A stretch of DNA of 60,111 bases, filler included, from Fonticula-like sp. SCN 57-25 (GCA_001724245.1; 10 parts of 10 records of this genome joined end to end with filler, not necessarily neighbours in it), one strand, 5' to 3'; shown: positions 1 through 12,005, counted from the first letter of the whole stretch. Translations and numbers: made by a program. The notes: generated by a model not told the origin, from the sequence alone.

Positions 1-262
1 GGGGTCAACTGGTGGCGGGAAAGTGACGCTTGAAGCGAGTGGAACGGGCGTGGATGCGATTGGTGAACACGTGACTGATGTGGAGAGTGCGAGAAGGTGA
101 TTGGGTGATGGGGTGATTGGTGAAGTGACGGTGATTGGTGGGGAAGTGGAGAGGCCGAGAGTAGAAGGGGAGACACTCGTAACGGCGACCCAGCTGGCGG
201 CTATATTGGAACAAGGGTAAGTAAGTAAAGGGCAAAAAGAGGAGTGAAAGTGAAAGTGAATA

Positions 263-308
<46 letters not shown>

Positions 309-2303
309 TGATGGATAGATAGATAGATAAATATTGATGAAGTAGATAGATAGATAGATAGATAAAGTGAAATACACTGATAAAGTGACACAAACAGAAC
401 TAAAAATAAACCAATCCCATTCCCATTCCCTTTCCTCTTTCTCTTTCCCATTTCTCTTTCCTTTATACGCACTTTCCAAACAAGACACCGTGCCCAACTT
501 TCCCGCCATTTCCTCCCTCGAACACTCCGAAAACTGCACACCCATCGTCACCCCCCCCCCATCACAGCATTCATAATAAACGGCCCCACGTGGCCAGCAC
601 ACGCCCCATCTTCATCATGACCTGCCCCAAGCACGTGACCAACCTCATGAGCAAGTACAGTGTAAAATCCAATGTCTGTATTTTGGCGGGAAACGACGGT
701 TGTTCCAGAGGCTGTTTGGCCTGATAGTTGGGGGGTGGCGGTGAGGCGGCAAATGCTGGCGAGCCAGGCGAGGCCGACGGTCGTCGCTGAACTGCCGGCT
801 CTAAGGAAGGGTTAGAGAGGAAGTGGGGGAAAAAGAGGGAAGAAAAAGAGATAAAATGATATAGAATATGATATAGGATAATATGATACTGGATATGATA
901 CTGATACTGATACTGATACTGATACTGATACTGATATAATGATAATAAGATGATACTATCACATACTGACACAGTAGTGATGTGACACACATTGATAATA
1001 ATATAACTCATAATGTGACCAAAATGAAACTTTTTCTACTTTCATCACTCAATACACTTTTCAAATGTCATCATATCATACCACTATAAAAACACCCAAT
1101 ACCAACATACTTTCCTTCTCTTTCTTCTTCTATGCCCTTCTATACCCTTCTAAGCCCTTCAATTCCCTTCTCTTTCCCTCCCTTTTCGTACTGATAGCAA
1201 TTGGTGATGTCGATCCACAATGCCTCTGTCGACACCGGCGCCGCCGCCGCATACCTCGCCCCCCTCCACACTGAAAACCCCGACAGCCGATCCGCGATCG
1301 ACATCCCGCTCGCGCACGCCGTCCGGAACGTCGACCCGCACGACGTGTCAAAGACCCAGCTGCCGCTCGGCACGACGAGCGTCACGTTGAGATCGGATGA
1401 GAAGCGCTCATTCGCCCATGCGATGGCGCCGAGGACATCGGCCATGACATCGGAGGATGATTTGCCAGACATGTGATTGCAGTCGACAAAGACGCCGACG
1501 CGCGCAATTTGGGCAACGCTCAGGTCGGCGCGGCGAGCGCGAGCGCTGGAAGGCAAGGGATCGGCGTCGGGATCCGATGTCGCGCACGCCATGGCGGCGG
1601 CATCGTTGGGCGGGAGATCTGACCAATCAGATTCGCGGAAAACAGTCATGTCGGTGAAGCGGGCATGGAGGGGGTCAAACTCGGGCTGGATGCGGAAATA
1701 GTCGCCGCCGAGCACAAAGTAGCCGCTGACGACGAGAGAGGGCCAGACTTGGCGGACTGTGATGAAGGAAAGGCCGCTCGCGGGATCGCCGCCGTACGAT
1801 ACAATGCGGCCTGCGGGGCATCGAAGTGAGAAAAAAAAGGGGGTCAAATCAATAAAAATGAGCGATTTCATTCAAAAAATGACTTTTCTTCTTCTTTTTT
1901 CGTCTTTTTTCCCATTTTTATCGCTTTTTACTATCAAAAATCGTACCGGCATAAGGAGCCATAAAAACCGATCCCCGTGATCCATCAGTGCCGAGGTACT
2001 CTTGATCGCCGAAATTGTCAGTGGCGGTGTAGTGCATGACGACCATCTTGCCATCAACAACAAACGACAGCTCGAGATCAGACGGCAGATCACGCAGCGA
2101 TGACAGCGAAAGCGACGCGCGGCCATTCAGCCGATTACTCATGCTCACGACATCATACCGGGCGATCCGATCACGGGGTACTGTCCAATCCCATGAGCCA
2201 TTCAAAATCCAAAAAAAAAGATCTCGCGCATACCTGTCACTGACGACGCTGCAACAGCCGCCACGAGCGCCAGTAGCGCCCACAGGCAGTGATGCCGCGG
2301 CAT
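1..2303 (-). CDS. Secreted ADAM/reprolysin-like (M12B) metalloprotease, 3' partial
   Basis: Signal peptide MPRHHCLWALLALVAAVAASS; exons 2303-2234, 2180-1947, 1810-1192, 800-473, 200-<1; furin-like RARR; zinc motif HEVGHVLGAGHD, Met-turn IMNA, then FSECS. Apparent 1-nt frameshift in the C10 run at 551-560. Confidence 0.85.
263..364. repeat. (GATA)n microsatellite in intron
   Basis: Direct tandem atag/gata repeats. Confidence 0.95.
884..936. repeat. (TGATAC)n microsatellite in intron
   Basis: Tandem ctgata repeats. Confidence 0.9.
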
Positions 2304-2843
2304 CCCGATGGTCAACTGAAGAAAGTGGTCTCTAGGAGACGCAGCGCAGCTTCGGGCAATTTTTCCGAAGTATGTCAACAAGGGCGCACCAATCATGGAG
2401 CAGGATTCAGGGTAGACTACCCGTAAATGTGTCAAGGTAGATCAAAATCATCACCATGGATGGTATTTTTGGATGCTTGGCATTCTCGGCCTTCCCTTGG
2501 CGGCTTTTGGTCAACTTTGATAGTGTCGCCCAATAAACATATCCGTAGTATTATAGTGATATAATCTGTTATGTATAGTTGTTGACAGTGAATATGAAGC
2601 AGTATTTATCGTATTCATGTCATCAATATGGCGGGAAAATTCCTCTTTTGTTCACTTTTATTCATATCATACCAATACAACCCCACCAACAGGAAAACTA
2701 CTAATACACTAATACACTAATACATACCAAATAACAATACTACCAATCACACTAATACAATATCATATACCATACATTCATATATTCCACTTTTACCACT
2801 TTTTCCCGCCAACATTCCCGCCAATCACAACAACACACACGTC

Positions 2844-4790
2844 TTACTCCTCTCCGTCTCCACATGCCGCCTCAACGCCAACAAATTTTCCGCCTCAATA
2901 TTAAATACTCGCATATGAACACGTGTTGATATTGCCACTTGAGGAACACGACGCATATCATACAAGGCCACGTGGTTGAGTGAAGGCAAACTTAATAATG
3001 ATTTGATGGCGATTTCGCTGACATTATGACAGCCGTCCAGTTCAATAGAGGTTAGGAGGGGGCAATGGGAGGCGAGGTGGGAAATGCCGTCGTCGGTTAC
3101 CTTGAGGGGCAGTTAGTGGAAGTGCAAATTGAAACACAATTTGCACACACATAATGACGTACACAACTACACATATACACATTGTCATACATGAACCTAA
3201 TTATGTACATATATAATGTCATACATATGTACGTACATATGTACGTACATACACAATGTCATACACAATAACACACAAAACAATCTTAATCACACACACA
3301 CACACACACAATCATATATACTTAATACACACACTTACCATCCATATTCACAATCACACTCAATATACTTTCATATTTACCTTTCCATTACTCTTTCCCT
3401 TTCCTTTCCATTCACGTACATGTTCACAATAAGACAACACGACATGCCTCAACCCCCTCGCCGTCACCGCCATCGCCCTCACACTCTTATCAGTCAACCG
3501 AGTCACACACTCAAGGTCCACGTGGGTCAGTTTTGGAAGGCACTTGAGGAGCACTTCGAGGCCAGTGTCGGTCATTTCGTCGCAATCGGATGCTTCGAAT
3601 ATTTCGAGGTGGGGTGTGGCGGTGGCGAGGGCGAATAGGGAGCGATTAGTAAGTAGTGTGCAGCCTGATATCTTTAGATCTAGATAAAAGGTTAGTAATG
3701 GGAATGAAGAGATGAATGAGTAATATAATAAATATGGCATGAAACTTTCATTTCACCATACAACACATCATTGAATATCAAATAGATATACACAATAATA
3801 CTCATTTAATATCATGAATATGAACACATAATCAATACTACATACACACACAATCATACTTCATCATCATACACATCATCATCATACAATCATCATACAC
3901 ATCATCATACAATCATACACAATCATCATCATACATCATCATCATAAACAATCACTATACACATACACAATCATCATCATACCATCATACACAATCATCA
4001 TCATACAATCAACACACATCATATTCCATCCCCCTTATCTCCATTCGTACCTCTAATAGAAACCGGTTTCGCCGCACAAAACCTCTCAATTCCCCCATCC
4101 GTCACCCTCGCACACCTACTCAAATTGACACTCTTCAAGCACTTCATTCCACCAATCACAGCCAAGCAGTCATCCCTCACCGACCCACACCCAGCAAGAT
4201 CAAGTACCCTTAAATAAAAGCAGCCACGTGCGATCGCCTCGGCGCCGACACGTGACACGAGTGACGCGCTCCAGGCCAATGAGAGCTCTTCGAGTGCGGC
4301 CATGTGGCGCAGTGGCACCAATGCGGTTTCGTCGGCGCGGCTGAGGGCACTTAAGGAAAGGCGGCGGACACGTGGGCAGTGCGCGGCGAGAAGGGACATG
4401 CCACGTGCGGTCACGTGATATACGCGGCCGAAGGAAATGTCCTCGACGTTGGGGCAGGCGGAAAAGAGGGAAATTTCGCGGTCGCTGAGCTGTGGCAGGG
4501 CTGTGACATGGAAGGTGCGGAGATGGGCGCCGCTGCGGGCGGCGGCAAAGTGGGCGCGCGGGATGAGGGGGGGGGAAGGAGATGATGCGCCAGAGGGAGG
4601 CGTCGTAGGTGAGGGAGCGCCAGGTGCGGCTGACGGTGGCGATGCGCGCGAGATCACCGCGGGAGAGATGCGAGAGGATCTGGATTGATGTCTCGCGCGG
4701 CAAGAGGCCCACAATGTCAATGGCGGATTCGGAATCAAGATGATCCGACGGCAAAACATCAATGGAAAAGAGAGAGTCGTCGGCCGTCAT
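2844..4790 (-). CDS. F-box/LRR protein (FBXL type)
   Basis: F-box LLPRETSIQILSHLSRGDLARIATVSRTWR; Cys-containing LRRs (LDLAGCGSVRD, VNLSRCARVTDGG); exons 4790-4051, 3679-3420, 3100-2844; apparent frameshift near the G9 run 4567-4575. Confidence 0.88.
3850..4020. repeat. Degenerate (CATCATACA)n low-complexity repeat in intron
   Basis: Visible tandem catcatacac/aatcat units. Confidence 0.85.
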
Positions 4791-5470
4791 GGTCAACGTT
4801 GCGTTGCTTCCGCGATGATGCACGGGCGGGATGAGAGCATTGAGATCAAGAATGGCTAGATTCGCCCCCTGGATGCCCACACGCACACGGGCAAAGGGGA
4901 ATCTCGGGGATCACCGCGCGGGATCCCCAAAAAAGATACTAGCAAATTAAAAGTAAAATAACTAAAAATGTGCGTCCTAAAGAGAAGAAAGGCGCGGCAC
5001 TAGGCGTCCACTGGCGGCGCGGCGGTGATCATGCGGGTGCGGGCGACAGCGCAACGCGCACCAGGGCTGACGTAATCACTTCAAACATAATCTGGGGTTG
5101 AATCAGGGGATAGGGGTAAAATCATGATCCAAGTGCCATATCGAATCGCATTTGTAAGCCCATATGAATGGTCATATACAAGTATGAATTTCACGTGAAT
5201 TGTCATACATTGCATCATTACATATGCCACATTTCAATTACAGTATATTTACTTCTTTTATCAATTGTCCTATTCGTTACTTCATGGTCTTCATTGTCAT
5301 CATGTGAATCACATAACATAATCTTTATTGACATATTAATGGATACAAATTATCATATACACACCACTATATTAAACACTCTCAATATCAAATCACAATA
5401 TCACATTCAATATCACTCATATACTCACTCATATATCTTTCGTATTCATCCTTATTCATCCTTTTCTTGC

Positions 5471-6348
5471 TCATTCACCAATCAATGCCCTCGCCATTGG
5501 CACATTATAAGCGAAATCCCAAAACGCAACCGTCCCATCCACCGATGCTGACACAACACCCGTCGCGCCCACGTGGACACAATACACTCTACTTCCGTGC
5601 CCCGCAAGTGTATGCAATAGCCTTTTCCCATCCCATATCTTTATAGTAGCATCATATGACCCACTTGCTATACGACGCGCATCCGCATCAACACTGCGCA
5701 CAATATCCACGTGGCCGCGTAGCACACGATGATCACGTGATCTCGTGCATATAACTCTCACGTGACCATCACCTGATCCGGTGATGATCTGGCCGCCGTG
5801 GGCGCGGATGCTGGCAACGCCACGTGGGTGCGGAAAACGGGTAGGAGCGGCCACGTGGGTGTGAGGAAGGACGGCCACGTGGCGGTCACCACTTGCAGAA
5901 TAGATAAAAAATGTGTCTAAATCGAGTGCGTTTACGGCGGCGGTGTGGAGGTTAAGGACGCGGAGGAGGGATTGGCGGGAAAGTGACCACTCGCGGATAC
6001 TAAAAAAGGAAATGAGAAAAGTGGAAATGAGAAGGAAAAGATAAAGGAAAAGAGAGATAAAATGTGGATATGAGTTTGATAAAGTATGTATACAGATACA
6101 GATACAGATATAGATATAGATATAGATATAGATAATATTATAGATACAGATATAATATAGATTCAAATACAGATATAGATACAGATATGAACAATGTCAT
6201 GCAAATATCAAATATAATAATAATAAAGTGCGCACGTGAGGTCTGCTCCGCCCGTGACTAGTTTGTCACCAGCGTACTTTAGGCACGCAACGGCGCCAGA
6301 ATGTCCGCGCAGAGAGTAATATTTATAGTCATCATGACGGTCCCATAC
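5471..6348 (-). CDS. WD40-repeat protein, C-terminal part (FBXW/beta-TrCP-like)
   Basis: GH...WD repeats (LRGHVDIVRSVDADARRIASGSYDATIKIWD); exons 6348-6236, 5999-5471. Confidence 0.85.
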
Positions 6349-6358
6349 CTACAAAGAG

Positions 6359-6458
6359 NNNNNNNNNNNNNNNNNNNNNNNNNNNNNNNNNNNNNNNNNN
6401 NNTTAATTAATTAANNNNNNNNNNNNNNNNNNNNNNNNNNNNNNNNNNNNNNNNNNNN
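6359..6458. other. Artificial contig linker; identical linkers at 11906-12005, 18389-18488, 23810-23909, 29096-29195, 35104-35203, 40780-40879, 45882-45981, 51482-51581
   Basis: N44-TTAATTAATTAA-N44 with stops in all six frames; genes are truncated at each linker. Confidence 0.98.
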
Positions 6459-6561
6459 TACATTCTAATCCCGCCAATCCCAAAATCGTCTCTAATCTGA
6501 GACGATTCGCGTCACCCGAGGCCAAACAACAGCGACCCGGCCCGTGATCATCGCCGCCATC

Positions 6562-7821
6562 ATGAACACTGCGACGCTTCAGACTGTGATTGGCGTGCAC
6601 GTCTCTGCGGGCGACGACGTCAAGGAGGTGTACGTGCGCCTCCCGGTGTCGACAAAGACATCGACGGTGGACGTTGTGCGTACATTGGTGGCCAAGAATT
6701 TCGGGGATGAGGATCCCGCCAAGTTTGCCTTGTACGAGGCGGATTACGTCAAGCGTGCGTGCACTTTTTCGCCATTTTCATATCTATTCTCATATCATTT
6801 TGTGTCTAATTCATTTTTAATTTATAGTTGAGGAGAATGTCGAGTTTGTTGCAATTTCCGACTATGTCGCCAAGTCTGATGACGAGCTCATGTTCCTCAA
6901 GGGCGAAAAGATCACGCTGATCCGCAAGGAGTCCGCCGACGTGTGGTACGGCGAGTGCGAGGGGATCGAGGGGTCCTTTCCGGCGAACCGCGTCAAGCCG
7001 GCTGACAAGCCGCGGCTCGTCGACAACACCACCCGTACGTGACATGCGCCATGGAATGTGGCATGGGGATGGCGGGATGCGGGATGCCGGGGATGCCGCA
7101 TCGGCATCATATTGCTTCATATTGCATCATCATATTGCTCTACTTTACCTCTACTTTTCTCTGCTTTTCTCTGCTTTATTGTGTGCTGATCCATTTGCAG
7201 GTGTGTGCATCAGGGCGCTCAAGGATGGCGAGATCCCGCTGTTTGTGCAGTACAACTGGAAGTCGCACAAGGGGTCGTCCAATTTCACTTTTCTGCTCAA
7301 GGAAAAGGAGGTCGAAGTGCGCGAGAACGCCACAAAGGTACGTGCAATATGGGGCAGTTTGCATGTGCAATTTGGGAATGTTTGCGTGTGTGTTGTAGGG
7401 ATGTTTCGCGGGCATTTGGGCCTTTTGTCGTGTATTGTTGATTCCATAGCTTGCCAATGTGCAATATGAAGTGTAGTTTGCACATGTGCAATATGACACT
7501 CGGTTTGCACACGTGCAATATAAAGTTCAGTTTGCACTTTTATGTCATTTTTTTCTCTTTTTCCTCGTGTATTGTCCCTCTCTTGGCAAGTGATCTGCAT
7601 CATAATGCAAACTGCAATATCCATGCCAACTCGAATGCAAACTCACCCTCTTATAGGAAATGTACCTCAACTTGAGCGCCGCCAAGCTCCGCGGCCTTCT
7701 TGCGACCCTTGATCACCAGGAGAAGCGCCAGCTTGACGAGATCACGGCCAAGTATGAGAAGCAGATGGCCGGGTATAAGCTCGCATTGGTCGAGGCGCGC
7801 AAGCACGTGCAGGCGGCCTAA
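6562..7821 (+). CDS. RASSF-like protein: RA domain with an inserted SH3 domain, plus C-terminal SARAH-like coil
   Basis: Exons 6562-6754, 6828-7034 (SH3: AISDYVAKSDDELMFLKGEKI...WYGECEGIEGSFPANRV), 7201-7337, 7657-7821; RA motifs KFALYE...RALKDGEIPL...FLLKE; SARAH-like LSAAKLRGLLATLDHQEKRQLDEITAKY. Confidence 0.85.
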
Positions 7822-8203
7822 TGTATTCATATTATATTCACACGATCAATACACGGATCATTACGACATATGATGATAGATAGAGATATTGTGGCCATTT
7901 CTTATGATATGGTATGTGATCATGGTATGTGATATGATATGGCTATGGCACGTGATATAGTATGGATATAACAGTGGTATCTTGAGTGGGCCAAAGAGTA
8001 AAAGTTTTCGTCCATGTCACGTGATCATATGGTGTGACTTTAATTGCAAAAAACTATTGTTTTATTATATCCAAAAACGCATACTTACACTGATACCCCA
8101 AAGCAAAAAACTACCAACAATGCTACCAAAATATACTACCTACCATGACATCATCACAAAACATGACGTCACCACTGACACCATCATGACGTCATCACCC
8201 ACA

Positions 8204-9933
8204 TCACATGATGATTGCCGTGGCGTTGTCCGCGTCCATGACGACATCCTCATTCTCGCGCATCATCAGCGACACCATGCGCGTCCCAACCACCTCACAA
8301 TCAATCTGCATATGCTTGGCCACGTGCTCACCATCAGATGACGTAATCACTTTTCCTTGATTCTGCGGAATGAGCAGCGACAGCCGCGGCGAGCCGCCCG
8401 CGCCCTTTTCATTGGGCATCACGGGCATGGCGTGCGCGCAAAACATGTACGCAGTGTCGTCGCGCGGCTCAAACGGAACAGAGGCGGGCGAAGAGCCCAC
8501 GTGGACGGCGACGGATGTGATTGGCTCGTTTTTGGGGGAGGCGCGCAGCGATTGGTCGAGCCACGATCGCAGGTCGACCGGCTCGACGGGTGTGTGGCTG
8601 TCGGTCAGGTTGGCCGCCAGCGAAGCCGACGCCAAAGTAGCAGAAGCAGATGATGACGTAGACGATGACGTAATCACAGGCGACGCAACAGATGACGTAA
8701 TCACATTTGAGGCGGACGTCACTGCCGGGGGGGCCGAAAGGAGCGGCACGAGGGCGGACGTCGGCGGCGGCGACGCACTCGACGCCGCGCCGGAAATAGA
8801 AAGAATCGATCGACCGCCGCCGATCACGTCATTCTCGGCCAATGGGCGCTGCAGGATGGTCGGCGCGGCGATCACGAGCAGCGCGAGGCCCATGAGCGCG
8901 ACGATCTGGGACGCGCGCGCGAGGGGGCGGCGGCCGCCCTGGGGGGGGGGGGCGAGGGACCCCCCGGGCTGCATAGTGGCCGACGCGCCGCCGCTTTCGA
9001 GGACGGCCACGCGGCGGCGGAGCGATTCGTTTTCGCGGCGGAGCGCGTCGACTTGCTGCTCGAGGGTGGCGAGGTACTCTTTGTGGCGCTTGCGAGAGAG
9101 GCTCGCGGCTTCGCGGTTCTTGATCAGGCGTTTTTCGCGCTTGAAAGACATATTCTCTGTGGAAAGAGGGGTAAGTAAAAGGGAAAGTAAAGAAAAAGCG
9201 ATGAAAAAGTAAAGAAAAAGACATCAAAACAACAACAACAAACAAGAAACGATCATGATCACGAAGCCACTGATGCCACCGATGATCCCCACCATCTTAT
9301 CCCGCCATGACGCATCCCAAAAAGTCGTCTATAATAACGTACGCGGTGGCGACTGCTCGGGCTTGAGCATCATCCCGGCCTGCTGCTCGTCCATCGTGCC
9401 CATCATCGGTGCATGCTGCATGGGGATCACCGGGAACTCTGACTTCATCCCCGCGAGCGTCCTGTTGCCGCTCTCGGGCGACGATGCCGGCGAGTACTCG
9501 ATCTTTACGTAAGAGTCCGATCCCGCCGAGTCGCTGTCGGACCACGCGAACGTGGAGGGCGAGTCGGCCGATGGCGCGGCGGCATTCTTGTAGAGGGCCT
9601 CATCCGAAGCGGGCAAAAAGGGGTCGGTAGTGTCCGCAACATCGTCGCAAAAAACGGAACTGCTCAAAGGAGAGCTAAAAAAGTCATTTCCGTCGTTTTC
9701 GGGAGAGCGCGGGACCGAATATTCACTGCAGAGTGAGAACAGAGATGGGCAATCATCAGCAAAAGAGAAAAAAAAAAGGTGGCGAAAGAGGAGGAAATGT
9801 CGTACGCAGGAAACCCGCCAAACGAAACCTTTTAATAAAATAACGTTAATAACGGCAAGAAAAAAAAGAGCACGAAAAAGCAGCGCACCTCGTCCAGGTG
9901 GTGGAAAAGGGGATTCGCGAACCCGCTATCCAT
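8204..9933 (-). CDS. ATF6: ATF6-like ER-membrane bZIP transcription factor
   Basis: Exons 9933-9889, 9828-9806, 9659-9343, 9156-8204; bZIP KREKRLIKNREAASLSRKRHKEY, TM helix, S1P-like site RSIL, lumenal motifs RDDTAY, PRLSLLIP and MQIDCEV. Confidence 0.85.
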
Positions 9934-10208
9934 GCAGGGCCGTCCGGTCAGTCGACGCGAGATGCAGACGCAAATGACGCAAAGCTGGGGTGGAATCCGG
10001 GGCTGAATCCAGAGCTGATCAGGGGTGGAATCCGTGGTTTCAAAGTTATGAGTCTGGGGTGGAATCAGGGGTTCAGTGATTGCATGCATTCATTCAAAAA
10101 GCAAAATGTATCAAAACTGGCACTGTGCTGAGAAAGAGTGCATGTAAACGCCTTTCGCTCACTAACATAATATCACACATTCAATTATATAGTCCTAATT
10201 AATGTTCA

Positions 10209-11196
10209 CTACCTTGCTTCATCCCGCTTTGTCTCCTCCATCACGGCGATCGCAAACGCCCTTTTCTGCTCCTCTGTCAAGATCCGCCACTGCTCACTGC
10301 ACATTGCCGACAACTAACGCCCCCAACCCAGTCAGTATTCACCCACGGACAGGAACGAGCTGCTACGCGACGCACCTGCTGAAATGTCGCGGACGGGTAC
10401 AGCGACGACAGCTCCGCGTACTTGTTGCGGTAGAAAATATTGTACGCCGTGAGCGGCTTGCGCGGCCCTTTGGCGCGGCCGTTCCCCGACCGAGACCGCT
10501 CACGGCGCGCGGTCGCGGGAGCCGACGACGGTGCCGGCTGCATCACGGGCGTAGATGAGGACGCGTCGAGATCGGGATCGGAGTACCTGTTGGTGGCGGG
10601 TGAGGAGGACGAGGAAGGGAAAAGAGGGCGCGTACGATAGAGAGTCAAGCGGGGAATGATCAGATGCCGACACTCCGAGTGGCGAATTCTACATTAAAAA
10701 TGAACATTAAGAGGTTAAAAATACTGAAGCGCATGCAGCAATGATCAGCGGCGCATAAAAGTGCGTACATGGTGATTGGCAAAGGTGGTCTGAGATGATG
10801 ATGGCGATGCCGATGATGACGATGATGCATGACCCGACATGGCCAGAACGGGATCGAGCAACGGTGACGCGAATGAAACACCGCCCGAGAAGCCGACCTC
10901 GAGGCGGTGCGCGTCGGCGTCCCAGGTCTCCTCTGGATGCGCGGGGCGGAGGAGAATCACGCCCGCCTGGGCAAAGCAAATCACCCGCGCGCATTGATTA
11001 TTGCCAAGCACCTGGCGGGCGTCAGACATTTTCCACGTCATCGAGGGATGCGCACCTGCTGGACAAGCAGCGGCGGGATCGTGAGCGAGCCGTCGCCATC
11101 AAGGGACAGCTCTGTGCTTACCGAATTTTCTGCGGCGGGATGCAGGGTGAGACATTGGTTTAAACATCGGCGGCATGTACCAGAGAGGAACGACAT
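10209..11196 (-). CDS. HMG-box protein (C-terminal HMG box)
   Basis: PRKPLTAYNIFYRNKYAELSSLYPSATFQQ|LSAMCSEQWRILTEEQKRAF after splicing; multi-exon; start codon tentative. Confidence 0.75.
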
Positions 11197-12005
11197 GCCA
11201 GCGATCCCTAGTATTCAACACTCTACCGACCCAGTCGATGGTGATTTGTAAGAGGCCTCGTGTTGTTTGCCGGCCTGCCGACCACAACGAGCGACCCCAA
11301 GCGACTAATTAAATATCAAAAACAGATCGACGCGCCCACACGCTCTCGAAGCGCGCGTCGCGTCGACGCACCCACACGCACGGAAACCGCGACGCGTCGA
11401 CCCTTCCCTACCTCGATCCAAAAACGGCGGCAAATCGAGCGGTCACGGCCATCCGTCCCCGCCGCCAGCCACTCGCCGCTCGCCGCGTAACCGCGTACCA
11501 GCACGGTCAACGTCGCGGTGACAGCCCACGGTCAACCGCCGCCTCGCTTCACCACCCCTCGGGCACCCCCTAAAATCCCCGTCGCAGGTTCCGATCGGAA
11601 TCGCGTCGGCGCCAACCGAAACGTGTCTCGGTATCAAACCGCCCCTTTTAGTAGGCGGGCACTGCAGTCAGTTGCCCGTTTCAGTGATCTTTGCAGGCAA
11701 GGCGCGTGTTCACCTTGCTCCCTAACAAAGGACCAGTAATGGAATAGTCCCCGAGGTGCACTTCTATCGAGGAGGGGCTGCTTCGCCACCATCGGCTCTT
11801 CTGTTGTTTTGACACAATCGCCGACCCTGATCGGCCCAATCAGCGGGCGACGGCCGACGGGGGAGCCAAAAAAGGCAGGTGAGGGTGCGGAATCGCATGC
11901 GGGTTNNNNNNNNNNNNNNNNNNNNNNNNNNNNNNNNNNNNNNNNNNNNTTAATTAATTAANNNNNNNNNNNNNNNNNNNNNNNNNNNNNNNNNNNNNNN
12001 NNNNN

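Noticed and set aside
551-560. Programmed frameshift or pseudogenisation in the ADAM-like gene (and in FBXL at 4567-4575)
   Set aside because: Both shifts sit in or beside 9-10 nt G/C homopolymers with intact frames on either side; consensus error is more parsimonious
6359-6458. Recurrent TTAATTAATTAA flanked by Ns as a biological repeat or CRISPR-like array
   Set aside because: Fixed 100-nt six-frame-stop assembly linker; no linkage across it can be inferred
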